Source: Patescibacteria group bacterium
GTDB taxonomy: Bacteria > Patescibacteriota > Patescibacteriia > UM-FILTER-42-10
DNA length: 64,000 bases
Assembly (NCBI GenBank): GCA_041664365.1
Contig: JBAYKW010000007.1
Coordinates: 434-64,433 of the forward strand
Reading direction: 5' to 3'
Position 1 is the stretch's first letter. Every line of letters starts with the position of its first letter. Both the position numbers and the translations under genes were made by a program. The notes beneath the pieces are model-generated. The model saw only the letters and a list, made by a program, of their open reading frames with translations, had not been told where the DNA came from and made no database searches. Positions 9,505-17,061 of this stretch are shown here, in pieces.

Positions 9505-10334
9505 TATTTTTTACGCAACTGTTTTAATAATTTAATATCATTTTCTCTGCCTTCGGCAGGAGTTTCCAGAATAAAATCTACATTTCTTAATTTCGGATGG
9601 TTGATTAACGCCTCAAATCCATCTTTGCCAATCTCTCCTTGGCCGATATGTTCATGCCGGTCAACCTTGGCGTTTAGTTCTACTTTAGAATCATTGGCGT
9701 GGATTAATTGCAACAAATCAATCCCGACAACCTCATCAAACTTCTTGAGTGTTTCATCAACATCTTTTTTAGTCCGCAAATCATAACCGGAAGCAAACGC
9801 GTGTGCCGTATCAAAACAAACTGCCACTTTTTTATGATTTACTTTTTTTATAATCCTGCCAATCTCCTCGAAACTGTCACCGATAACACTCCCGGAGCCA
9901 GCAGCAATCTCCAATAAAAAAGTCGCTTTACCAGTATATCCTTTCAGTAATTCTTTTATTCCGTCTATTACCATTTGCAGTGCTTTTGCTCGCGTAAAAT
10001 CCTTTGATGAGCCTAAGTGGGTCATTACTGCTACAACACCTAATTGCGAGGCGCGATCCAATTCCTCACGAATAATACTGATAGAACCGTTCCGAACCCG
10101 ATCCTGTTTTGAAGCTAAATTAATATAGTAAGGTGTGTGAATATACGCCTTACCTAGTCCGCTAGCTTTAATATTTTTCTGAAATTTTTTTACAACTTCA
10201 TCGTTGATTTCAGGTGCTTTGCCTCCGCGCGGTGAACGCGAAAACATCTGGAAACATTCACAGTTTTCAGTAAAGGCATTCAGCGGAGCATTTTCCATTC
10301 CGCCGGCTATGGATACATGGGCGCCAATATTCAT
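9504..10334 (-). CDS. nfo: Endonuclease IV (deoxyribonuclease IV)
   Basis: MNIGAHVSIAGG...HANDSK...HEHIGQGEIG; Nfo metal-binding motifs. Confidence 0.85.
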   Translation of the reverse strand: MNIGAHVSIAGGMENAPLNAFTENCECFQMFSRSPRGGKAPEINDEVVKKFQKNIKASGLGKAYIHTPYYINLASKQDRVRNGSISIIREELDRASQLGVVAVMTHLGSSKDFTRAKALQMVIDGIKELLKGYTGKATFLLEIAAGSGSVIGDSFEEIGRIIKKVNHKKVAVCFDTAHAFASGYDLRTKKDVDETLKKFDEVVGIDLLQLIHANDSKVELNAKVDRHEHIGQGEIGKDGFEALINHPKLRNVDFILETPAEGRENDIKLLKQLRKK

Positions 10335-10362
10335 AGCCTAATTATAGCAGATGCCGACAAAA

Positions 10363-10391
10363 TTGACATTGAACTATTTCATTGTTATTAT
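10363..10391 (+). promoter_or_regulatory. Near-consensus sigma70 promoter (TTGACA, 17 bp spacer, TATTAT)
   Basis: aaTTGACAttgaactatttcattgtTATTATgg, about 65 nt upstream of the GTG at 10461. Confidence 0.5.
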
Positions 10392-10460
10392 GGCGACTCA
10401 GGTTAGTGCAAATTAGCATGAACCTAAACCCGCACATTTTAATGGTGGAAGGAGCCAGTC

Positions 10461-10868
10461 GTGGCTGACGATGGAAAGAAGCGACACGCTTTTGAATACC
10501 TTGTGCACTGCCTCATGGGAGACGTAGCACATGCTAGGGTATTGCGTACCCTAATCCAAACAGGGTTCGTTACCCACGAGGAATTGGGCATCAAGCCCGA
10601 AGACGTGGACACATTCCAAGCACTGTCCCGTATCGCGGACCCCAAAGAACGTGCCATTACGGCATTCCGCGGTTGCCGTGAAGGCAACGTTCTTGCCAAC
10701 TTCGGCGTGATCCAATTTCTTTTCCGTTCCCGCCAGATCAGGCCCACCGATCTGCGCGAGGGTGACGACAGCATCCTAAAGGTAGGCTCCGACCTGAGTC
10801 ATTTTCACAAAGCGCACACCGCACATCTCGCCAGGATTCTCCCATCGGAAAAATCCGCGCAAGACTAA
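10461..10868 (+). CDS. Hypothetical protein (135 aa), high-GC, GTG start
   Basis: Shine-Dalgarno GGAAGGAG 7 nt before the GTG; clean ORF ending at a terminator. Confidence 0.5.
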   Translation: MADDGKKRHAFEYLVHCLMGDVAHARVLRTLIQTGFVTHEELGIKPEDVDTFQALSRIADPKERAITAFRGCREGNVLANFGVIQFLFRSRQIRPTDLREGDDSILKVGSDLSHFHKAHTAHLARILPSEKSAQD

Positions 10869-10885
10869 CCCCTTGCGTTTTTTTA
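10857..10885 (+). terminator. Rho-independent terminator CGCAAG...CTTGCG + T7 (copy 1 of a duplicated terminator)
   Basis: Hairpin then TTTTTTT; near-identical copy at 11924-11951. Confidence 0.6.
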
Positions 10886-10937
10886 TTCTGCATATACAAA
10901 ATAAATCCGCCTCTGGCGGGTACTATGTTTATATCCA

Positions 10938-10966
10938 TTGACACTATGATTCAATCATGATAAATT
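10938..10966 (+). promoter_or_regulatory. Sigma70-like promoter (TTGACA, 17 bp spacer, TAAATT) with a perfect palindrome ATGATTcAATCAT in the spacer
   Basis: ccaTTGACActatgattcaatcatgaTAAATTcc. Confidence 0.45.
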
Positions 10967-10991
10967 CCACAACCTCCTCCTAGACAGTCTT

Positions 10992-11018
10992 CAGTTGTGC
11001 TCACGGTGAGGACAACTG
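10992..11018 (+). promoter_or_regulatory. 13-bp-arm near-perfect inverted repeat in the 5'UTR (CAGTTGTGCTCAC g GTGAGGACAACTG); operator or RNA hairpin
   Basis: One mismatch across 13-bp arms; lies between the promoter and the Shine-Dalgarno of the 11048 gene. Confidence 0.4.
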
Positions 11019-11047
11019 AATCACCTGTTTGTTCAGGGAGGAAACTA

Positions 11048-11341
11048 ATGACGTTTATTGGCAACACTCAACTCCCGAAATTCGGAGACATAATCCAGAT
11101 CACCATTCCCGGCAACCCCGGTTTCGTGCTGAAGGTCACCGTGATCTCCGAATGGGCCATCGACCAGGAGGAAGAAGAACACATCAGCTTCGTGTTTTTC
11201 CTGCCCCGTGACTCGTTCCCTCTGGTGTTCGCCCGTCGGGTCGTAACCCTGGACAAGACCAATGAGAAGTGGACCGTCCGCATCAAGAACGGCGAGTCCA
11301 CCATTATCCAGGAAGTCACCGTGAACATCCTCCGCGACTGA
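11048..11341 (+). CDS. Hypothetical protein (97 aa), high-GC
   Basis: Shine-Dalgarno AGGGAGG before the ATG; ORF ends at a terminator. Confidence 0.5.
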   Translation: MTFIGNTQLPKFGDIIQITIPGNPGFVLKVTVISEWAIDQEEEEHISFVFFLPRDSFPLVFARRVVTLDKTNEKWTVRIKNGESTIIQEVTVNILRD

Positions 11342-11367
11342 CTTCATCCCGCTCTTTCCCGCCACTC

Positions 11368-11391
11368 CACCATTTGGAATGGCTTTTTTTA
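11368..11391 (+). terminator. Terminator CCATTtggAATGG + T7 (copy 1 of the second duplicated terminator type)
   Basis: Hairpin plus T-run; similar copy at 11574-11602. Confidence 0.55.
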
Positions 11392-11422
11392 TTCTCACCA
11401 AAACGTAACCAATTATAGAAAG

Positions 11423-11450
11423 TTGACTTTCCATTCATAAAATATATAAT
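11423..11450 (+). promoter_or_regulatory. Consensus-like sigma70 promoter TTGACT, 16 bp spacer, TATAAT
   Basis: agTTGACTttccattcataaaataTATAATtt. Confidence 0.5.
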
Positions 11451-11456
11451 TTCTTT

Positions 11457-11602
11457 AGTCATACGTGGAGCAGGGGGTCTTCGTTTTGGACAGCATCCTC
11501 CACGGAGGGTGTCTGGGGTTAAAATCCCAGCCGGAGATCCCCTCTCCACCAAATATCAACGCTCTTTCCTAATCCATTCCTCCCTTTGGGATGGTTTTTT
11601 TT
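11457..11602 (+). ncRNA. Candidate structured RNA (small RNA or cis-regulatory leader) ending in an intrinsic terminator
   Basis: Transcript from the consensus promoter; nested helices (CTGGGGuuaaaauCCCAG, GGAGGG...CCCTCTCC); terminator hairpin plus T8 at 11574-11602; no convincing ORF. Confidence 0.35.
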
Positions 11603-11634
11603 ATTTTGACAGATTTTTTGCACCGTGTTATGTT

Positions 11635-11925
11635 ATGCCAACTGCCTTTCAGCAGAGAACCGACACCCGCGACTCAAGGAGAATAATATTGCTCTCGAAA
11701 CGCAGAATCAGAAGGCTCGTACGGCGCACCATCGCGTCATTTGTCGGCATTATTTTCGGTCTGGTTCCTGCCTGGTTCCTTCTTTATGATCTACACACAA
11801 CTCAAGGTAACAAACTCTATTTTGCCAAATGGTTATGGCCAATACTTACTGTGCAGTTCTTTCTGATCATTTTCACCTTCGCCTGGATCTGGGCGATCTG
11901 GACCAATCGGATCCCAGAACTCTAA
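11635..11925 (+). CDS. Small two-TM membrane protein (96 aa), high-GC; no obvious Shine-Dalgarno
   Basis: Arg-rich N-terminus then two strongly hydrophobic helices; the ORF ends exactly at a terminator. Confidence 0.35.
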   Translation: MPTAFQQRTDTRDSRRIILLSKRRIRRLVRRTIASFVGIIFGLVPAWFLLYDLHTTQGNKLYFAKWLWPILTVQFFLIIFTFAWIWAIWTNRIPEL

Positions 11926-11951
11926 CGCAAGCTGACCCTTGCGTTTTTTTA
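11924..11951 (+). terminator. Terminator CGCAAG...CTTGCG + T7 (copy 2)
   Basis: Near-identical to 10857-10885. Confidence 0.6.
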
Positions 11952-12014
11952 TACAAAGAAAAAAGGCGACCCTGCAGAGGTATCGCCTAAAACTCTCATA
12001 AACAGCAACGATGC

Positions 12015-12521
12015 TTAACGCGGACGATGGTGAGGATTGTACTTGCGGAAAGGCTCCCGCAGTTCTTGTGCCCGATAGAGCACGAGGCTCAGTTCGAGCA
12101 TCTCGTCCAGGGAATCGACCAGAAACACATTGGCAAGCCGGAGCTTGCGAAGGTGTTCGCGCACGAGTGCGCGTGCGCGCAGACTCTCCTTGCGCGCAAC
12201 GGGATCGTTGAGCTCATCGTTCAGCTTGTCATCGATCATGATGACGAACTCCCGATGATCATCGAGCCGGATGGCGTTCAGGATGCTGAACCCGGTTTCA
12301 GCCAGCGACCCGGTCCCGTAGGACTCGTCGGTCACGGGGAAGAGGATGACTGCATCCTCAGCGAGATGCTGTGCTTCCTCCACGGCACATTCGGGGGTCC
12401 AGTCCTCGACTTGGGGATTGAAGAAAGCGACACCAAGATCCTGGTACAGCTTGATGAACTTCGCGCGCCAGGTACTTGATCCACAGGTCCCGAACAATCC
12501 GATTGTTAGCATTACGCTCAC
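12015..12521 (-). CDS. Nucleoside 2-deoxyribosyltransferase-like (Nuc_deoxyrib_tr superfamily) protein, high-GC
   Basis: IGLFGTCG...DESYGTGSLAETGFSILNAIRLDD resembles the D.GT..E.G.A core of PF05014, assigned from memory; 168 aa. Confidence 0.45.
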   Translation of the reverse strand: MSVMLTIGLFGTCGSSTWRAKFIKLYQDLGVAFFNPQVEDWTPECAVEEAQHLAEDAVILFPVTDESYGTGSLAETGFSILNAIRLDDHREFVIMIDDKLNDELNDPVARKESLRARALVREHLRKLRLANVFLVDSLDEMLELSLVLYRAQELREPFRKYNPHHRPR

Positions 12522-12597
12522 CCTTTCATCCTTTTGTCCACTGACACGAGTGAACAGTCATCACTAGTCGCCACGAATGACATTGTGACGACACGAT

Positions 12598-12626
12598 AGG
12601 ATATCATAAAATATGTTTCATGTCAA
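12598..12626 (-). promoter_or_regulatory. Sigma70-like promoter (minus strand: TTGACA, 17 bp spacer, TATCCT) for the 12015-12521 gene
   Basis: Reverse complement reads TTGACAtgaaacatattttatgaTATCCT. Confidence 0.4.
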
Positions 12627-12654
12627 GACTTAATCATATTGTATAAATAAAAAA

Positions 12655-12690
12655 GAGGCGGCAACGAAGATGAAGCCGCCCTGTGCCTGA
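12655..12690 (-). terminator. Intrinsic terminator (GGCGGCttcatcttcgttGCCGCC + T-run on the minus strand)
   Basis: Hairpin followed by TCTTTTTT when read on the minus strand. Confidence 0.55.
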
Positions 12691-12997
12691 CTGGGATCAT
12701 TTGTCCCTCTTCCTGGGCTAGCCAGGCGATAGCCGAAAATGCGTGATGCATTTCCCTACCATTCGCCTTTTCAGGCGGGGGAAAAGGAGCTCGAGCTCTC
12801 TCTGTGGAGAAAGAAATGATAGCGACCCTTCTCTCGCAAGGGGAGTGTTTGCCTCGGCGCAGTGTGGTCCGGCTCCGTATCCTTGCCTTTTCCCCGAAAC
12901 AGATCGGGGACGGAGAGACGCTCCTCTCGACGCTGACTTTCAGGCGATCTGGGCCGTCCAGTGAATCATACGTCACCTCCCTTCCGGTTTTGGACGC
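12691..12997 (-). ncRNA. Candidate independent ~340-nt GC-rich transcript (small RNA, or mRNA of a doubtful small ORF) between its own promoter and terminator
   Basis: Minus-strand promoter at 13004-13031 and terminator at 12655-12690; strong Shine-Dalgarno AAGGGAGG plus ATG at 12976, but that ORF reads through the terminator. Confidence 0.3.
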
Positions 12998-13003
12998 ATA
13001 TTT

Positions 13004-13031
13004 ATATTAACATGAAAACATGATTAATCAA
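13004..13031 (-). promoter_or_regulatory. Sigma70-like promoter (minus strand: TTGATT, 16 bp spacer, TAATAT)
   Basis: Reverse complement reads TTGATTaatcatgttttcatgtTAATAT. Confidence 0.4.
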
Positions 13032-13076
13032 TGTCGGCCTGATACAGACTGCATATTATATTCTGCTCGCATATAA

Positions 13077-13115
13077 AAAAAGAGTCGCATGCAGTATGAG
13101 CAATTGACTCTAGCG
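13077..13115 (-). terminator. Terminator for the OMP gene (GAGTC...GACTC hairpin + T7 on the minus strand)
   Basis: A7 on the plus strand immediately 5' of the hairpin. Confidence 0.45.
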
Positions 13116-13133
13116 AAAGAACATGCCCGATCT

Positions 13134-14036
13134 TCAGTTGAGATCGAACTGCACAGACCAGATAATTGTCGGGTGGCTGTGCTGCTGAAGCACCAGATTG
13201 GGTTGGAACTTCAGTGCCCCCTGTCGTAGCTCGGCACCGACAACAACCTCGACATCATCCGTCACCAGTTGTTCTTGTGCCATCGTCAGTAGTGCAAATT
13301 GAGTCCGCTGGGTACAGCGCGCGGTCAGTGCGAATGATTCGTTCAAATCCGCCACAGCAGTAACCAGCCAGCCCCGGCTGTGTTGGAAATCTCTCCGCCA
13401 CAGCATGGCGGATTCCACACTCAGTCCAGATGCCGGACAAACCGACAACTTGCCGTAATACAGTGTACGCTCACCCGGCGGCTGACGACCGGACTGAAAT
13501 GCTCCGGAGAGACGCAGTGGTCCAATCCAGGACGACGTAACAGATGCTGTGAAGTCGCGTGACTGGTTGTCGTCCGGGACATTATGTCCCGATCCGTTGA
13601 ATACGCACGACTGGAATGATCCGAGCCGATTCGCGAACAGGATCGATACGCCGATGTCATACTGGTCAGTAATGTAATAGTCCGTCAACGCATAGGCTAC
13701 GAACCGCTTTTTCCCCGGCGAGGATTCAACCTGCATCATCGGGTTGGTGAACTGACCCAGACGCAATTTGCTCCTGCCTAAGATAGGCAGAGTCATCCGG
13801 TATTCGAGATAGACCTGAAGTGGGATTGTGTTCTTCCCCACCTGCGCCTCACCGAACAGTGTGAGACTGTCCATACTCGCGGTAAGGAATGGCCGAAGCC
13901 GGCGTAGTTCGAAGCCCTGCCCCGCATCCTGAATCTGACCGTAACCGCCGGCATGCAGAACAGGAAAATATTCCCCCGTCTGAGCCATGGCGCTCGCTGT
14001 ACAGAACAGCATTACTACCAGAACCACGTTTCTCAT
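13134..14036 (-). CDS. Secreted putative outer-membrane beta-barrel (porin-like) protein, high-GC
   Basis: Signal peptide MRNVVLVVMLFCTASAMA/QT; amphipathic beta-strand periodicity; aromatic-rich C-terminus ...WSVQFDLN. Confidence 0.5.
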   Translation of the reverse strand: MRNVVLVVMLFCTASAMAQTGEYFPVLHAGGYGQIQDAGQGFELRRLRPFLTASMDSLTLFGEAQVGKNTIPLQVYLEYRMTLPILGRSKLRLGQFTNPMMQVESSPGKKRFVAYALTDYYITDQYDIGVSILFANRLGSFQSCVFNGSGHNVPDDNQSRDFTASVTSSWIGPLRLSGAFQSGRQPPGERTLYYGKLSVCPASGLSVESAMLWRRDFQHSRGWLVTAVADLNESFALTARCTQRTQFALLTMAQEQLVTDDVEVVVGAELRQGALKFQPNLVLQQHSHPTIIWSVQFDLN

Positions 14037-14087
14037 GCGCGTCCCTCTCTTTCTGGATGTACACACCCTCCTTAAGCAAAGTTGTGT

Positions 14088-14116
14088 ATCTTAAACAAAC
14101 TTGCAGAGGATGTCAA
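14088..14116 (-). promoter_or_regulatory. Sigma70-like promoter (minus strand: TTGACA, 17 bp spacer, TAAGAT) for the OMP gene
   Basis: Reverse complement reads TTGACAtcctctgcaagtttgttTAAGAT. Confidence 0.4.
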
Positions 14117-14135
14117 GGATCATTTTATAACCAAA

Positions 14136-14170
14136 AACCACCCTAACAAACGTAACCAGGGTGGTTTTTT
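14136..14170. terminator. Bidirectional terminator AACCACCCT...AGGGTGGTT flanked by A5 and T6 (tig terminator)
   Basis: Lies between the tig stop at 14173 and the island. Confidence 0.6.
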
Positions 14171-14172
14171 AA

Positions 14173-15465
14173 TTACTCTTGAGTAGCCAGCTTGTAAAGC
14201 ATATCAATCACTTTCTGATTGACCATCACATTTTTTACGAAACTGTGATAGTCAGGATAGTCTAGCTGTTTTAACATTTCATCATTACCCTGCTGTTCGT
14301 ACATTTTTTTGCTCTTATCTATTTCTTCATGAATCTCCGCTTCCGTCGCTTCGATTTTTTCCAGTTCAGAAACTTTCCGGATCAACAACGCTGTCCTAAC
14401 TCTCTTTTCCGCCCGCGGTTCAAAGGACGTTCTCAGTTCTGCTTCAGTTTTTTTGATACTCTGTAGATAGTCTTCGTATTTCAATCCCTGATTTTCAAAA
14501 TCGTGACGTAATTCGTGAATCATTTTGTCTATTTCGGAAGCCACCAGGTCTTCCGGAAATTCACCGAACTTGCTTTTGCCCGCAATGGACTCCAGCATTT
14601 CCAGCTCAACCCGCTGACGTTCTTTGTTTTCCAATTCCTGAAGCAAGTTTTTACTGATCTGGTCTTCCAGATCCTTAATCGACTTGAACGGACCGAATGA
14701 TTTCGCAAATTCATCATTGGCTTCCGGTTTTTCAATCTTGAAAACTCCATTCACTTTAATCCGGAACTCGGCCGGTTTACCGGCCAGGATTTTTTGGAAA
14801 TATTCCTTCGGAAACTTCAGTTCAAATTCCTTGGTTTCACCTTTTTTCATCCCAATCAATTTATCTTCAAACCCGGGGATGAAATTTCCCTCGCCGATGA
14901 TAATCGGCTGGTTCTTACCCTGTCCGCCTTCGATGGGAACTTTATTTTGAAATACTTCAATATCTACTTCCGCTTTATCACCTTTTTGTACTTCCCGGTC
15001 AACGAGAGCTTCTTTACTGCGCATCTTTCTTAAATCATCCACCGCTTTCCCCAATTCTTTCGGATCTACTACCACTTTCTTCTTTTTGACTTTTACTGAT
15101 TTATAATCTCCAATTTCTACAGTCGGCAGCAGTGACACGGTTGCTTTATAGATAAAGGGATTGCCTAAAGCCTGTTTGATTATATCAATCTTTGGTGTTG
15201 AAATGATAATTATTTTTTCCTGTTCAATCGCTTGACCAATACTCATCTGGATCGCAAAATCAGCGGCCTCGGCCATAATCTGGTCCGCTCCCACCTTTTT
15301 TATTACCACATCATCCGGCACCTTACCTGGCCTGAATCCGTCAATGCGGATACCGGCACCGATCTTTTTGAGTGCCGCCTGGTAATATTTCTCTAATTCT
15401 TCAGCCGGAAGCTCAATGGTTAATTCCATTTGACCTTTTGGCAGCTGGTTCTTTGTTATTTGCAT
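14173..15465 (-). CDS. tig: Trigger factor
   Basis: 430 aa; N-terminal ribosome-binding, FKBP-like and C-terminal domains; low-GC native composition. Confidence 0.85.
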   Translation of the reverse strand: MQITKNQLPKGQMELTIELPAEELEKYYQAALKKIGAGIRIDGFRPGKVPDDVVIKKVGADQIMAEAADFAIQMSIGQAIEQEKIIIISTPKIDIIKQALGNPFIYKATVSLLPTVEIGDYKSVKVKKKKVVVDPKELGKAVDDLRKMRSKEALVDREVQKGDKAEVDIEVFQNKVPIEGGQGKNQPIIIGEGNFIPGFEDKLIGMKKGETKEFELKFPKEYFQKILAGKPAEFRIKVNGVFKIEKPEANDEFAKSFGPFKSIKDLEDQISKNLLQELENKERQRVELEMLESIAGKSKFGEFPEDLVASEIDKMIHELRHDFENQGLKYEDYLQSIKKTEAELRTSFEPRAEKRVRTALLIRKVSELEKIEATEAEIHEEIDKSKKMYEQQGNDEMLKQLDYPDYHSFVKNVMVNQKVIDMLYKLATQE

Positions 15466-15579
15466 AAAAAAAATCCTTTATTCTTTAAGGAAGTTAAGTA
15501 AGGGCATTATAGCGGATTAGGGGTTTTTTGCAAATGCAAACAAAAAACGGGCCTTGATATAACCCGCTTTTAGGATATT

Positions 15580-17037
15580 TTAGTTTTTTGGCCGGTTATC
15601 TACTATTCTTTTTTCCTTTAATTCGGTTTCCATACCCAGCTGATCCAGGAGGGATTTCAGATCCCTTTTCTCAGTAAGAACCTGAATGAACATGTCGTTA
15701 TGGATTTTTTTCTTTATTTCCTCTGACAGATCTTCATATGACATCCCTTCTTTGGGACAAAGATAGACAACGATTTCGTCAATTTCATATGGATCATTAT
15801 TTTTCTTTCGAATCTCCACTTGCCATTCTTCAACCTCTTTCATACCGGACAATAGAGGATATAATATGTTCAGATTTACTAGCTCGCCTTTCAATTTAGT
15901 AAGATGAAATTCTTTAACATCCGAAGACCGCTGAATATCCATTTTAATTCTTGGTACAGTTTTACCGCAGAAGGCACATTGTCCGTATTCAATCCCCTGG
16001 ACCATATCGCCGGTCTTATAACGAAGTACCAGCGAGCCTCTCCAATCCAAGGCAGTATAAACCAATTCGCCCGACTGACCTTCCTCAACCCGCTTGCCGT
16101 CTTTGTCAATCACCTCAAAAAATTCCAGGTCCGGATAGGTATGATAGCCGGAATCTTCCGCACACTGGATCCAGGCGGTCTTACCTTCAGTTAAAGCATA
16201 AGTCGCAAAAATTTGCACATCCTTTGCGCCTACTTGCGTCAATAGCTCTTTAACTTTAATACGGAGTCCCGGACTGACACGCTCCCCCCCGAAAATAATA
16301 TATTTTAAGTTTGAAAAATCTCTTTTCTGTTTGACCGCTTCGCGCAGCAGATGATAACTATAGCCAGGAATAAACGCCACTAAGCCGGCTTTCATATTCT
16401 GGATCGCATCCATTATTTTTTGAGTCCCCATCACCTTACCACCGCCGGTGGCTAGTGATGTCATACCGATTGTTGTGAAACCATAGTAAGCCAACCAAAA
16501 CGCCAAATGCGGTGAATACGGGAAAGCATTGATAGCCACGTTATCTCGGCTGACATTAATCACATCAATCAGACGGTTTGCTGATTCTTTAAGATATGTG
16601 AGATCCCTTTCCGAATAACCAAAAGGTGTAGGAAGTGCCGTTCGTCCGGTAGTAAAATGCAAATGGATCGGTTTGTATTCCCTGCCCGATTCCCTTTTAA
16701 TATCTTTACCGGTAATTTTACCCCAGACGATTTTCAGCAAGGTTCCCTTGGAAGCATATTTTTTGATCATATGCTCATCCGGTTGGAGCATAAACCGCTT
16801 CGGTTTTGCCCTGTCATCTTCTGTTGGTGCGAGATCTTCTTTGGATGTAAAAGGCAGTTTAACCAGATCATCGGTCGTTTTAATATCATCAAAACTCAGT
16901 TTATTTTTTTCCAGCAATTCCCGATAATAAGGATGGAAGGGAATCTGGTACTTCATCAGCGCCCGTAGTTTTTTATTTTGGATCCTTCTTTGTTCATCTC
17001 TTGAACTATGGGCAAGTTTTTTCCAGTTTTCGTACAT
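15580..17037 (-). CDS. Phenylacetate-CoA ligase-like / F390 synthetase family adenylate-forming enzyme
   Basis: 485 aa; PaaK-like N-terminus (QNKKLRALMKYQIPFHPYYRE...), AMP-binding core. Confidence 0.65.
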   Translation of the reverse strand: MYENWKKLAHSSRDEQRRIQNKKLRALMKYQIPFHPYYRELLEKNKLSFDDIKTTDDLVKLPFTSKEDLAPTEDDRAKPKRFMLQPDEHMIKKYASKGTLLKIVWGKITGKDIKRESGREYKPIHLHFTTGRTALPTPFGYSERDLTYLKESANRLIDVINVSRDNVAINAFPYSPHLAFWLAYYGFTTIGMTSLATGGGKVMGTQKIMDAIQNMKAGLVAFIPGYSYHLLREAVKQKRDFSNLKYIIFGGERVSPGLRIKVKELLTQVGAKDVQIFATYALTEGKTAWIQCAEDSGYHTYPDLEFFEVIDKDGKRVEEGQSGELVYTALDWRGSLVLRYKTGDMVQGIEYGQCAFCGKTVPRIKMDIQRSSDVKEFHLTKLKGELVNLNILYPLLSGMKEVEEWQVEIRKKNNDPYEIDEIVVYLCPKEGMSYEDLSEEIKKKIHNDMFIQVLTEKRDLKSLLDQLGMETELKEKRIVDNRPKN

Positions 17038-17061
17038 GTTTTTTAATCAATATTTAATTTT

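Noticed and set aside
12655-13010. Possible tmRNA, RNase P RNA, SRP RNA or riboswitch identity for the ~340-nt transcript
   Set aside because: It lacks the tRNA-like CCA end and tag ORF of tmRNA, the GGAAAGUCCGG/P4 motifs of RNase P and the SRP domain IV motif. The resemblance to cobalamin or TPP riboswitch boxes is too weak.
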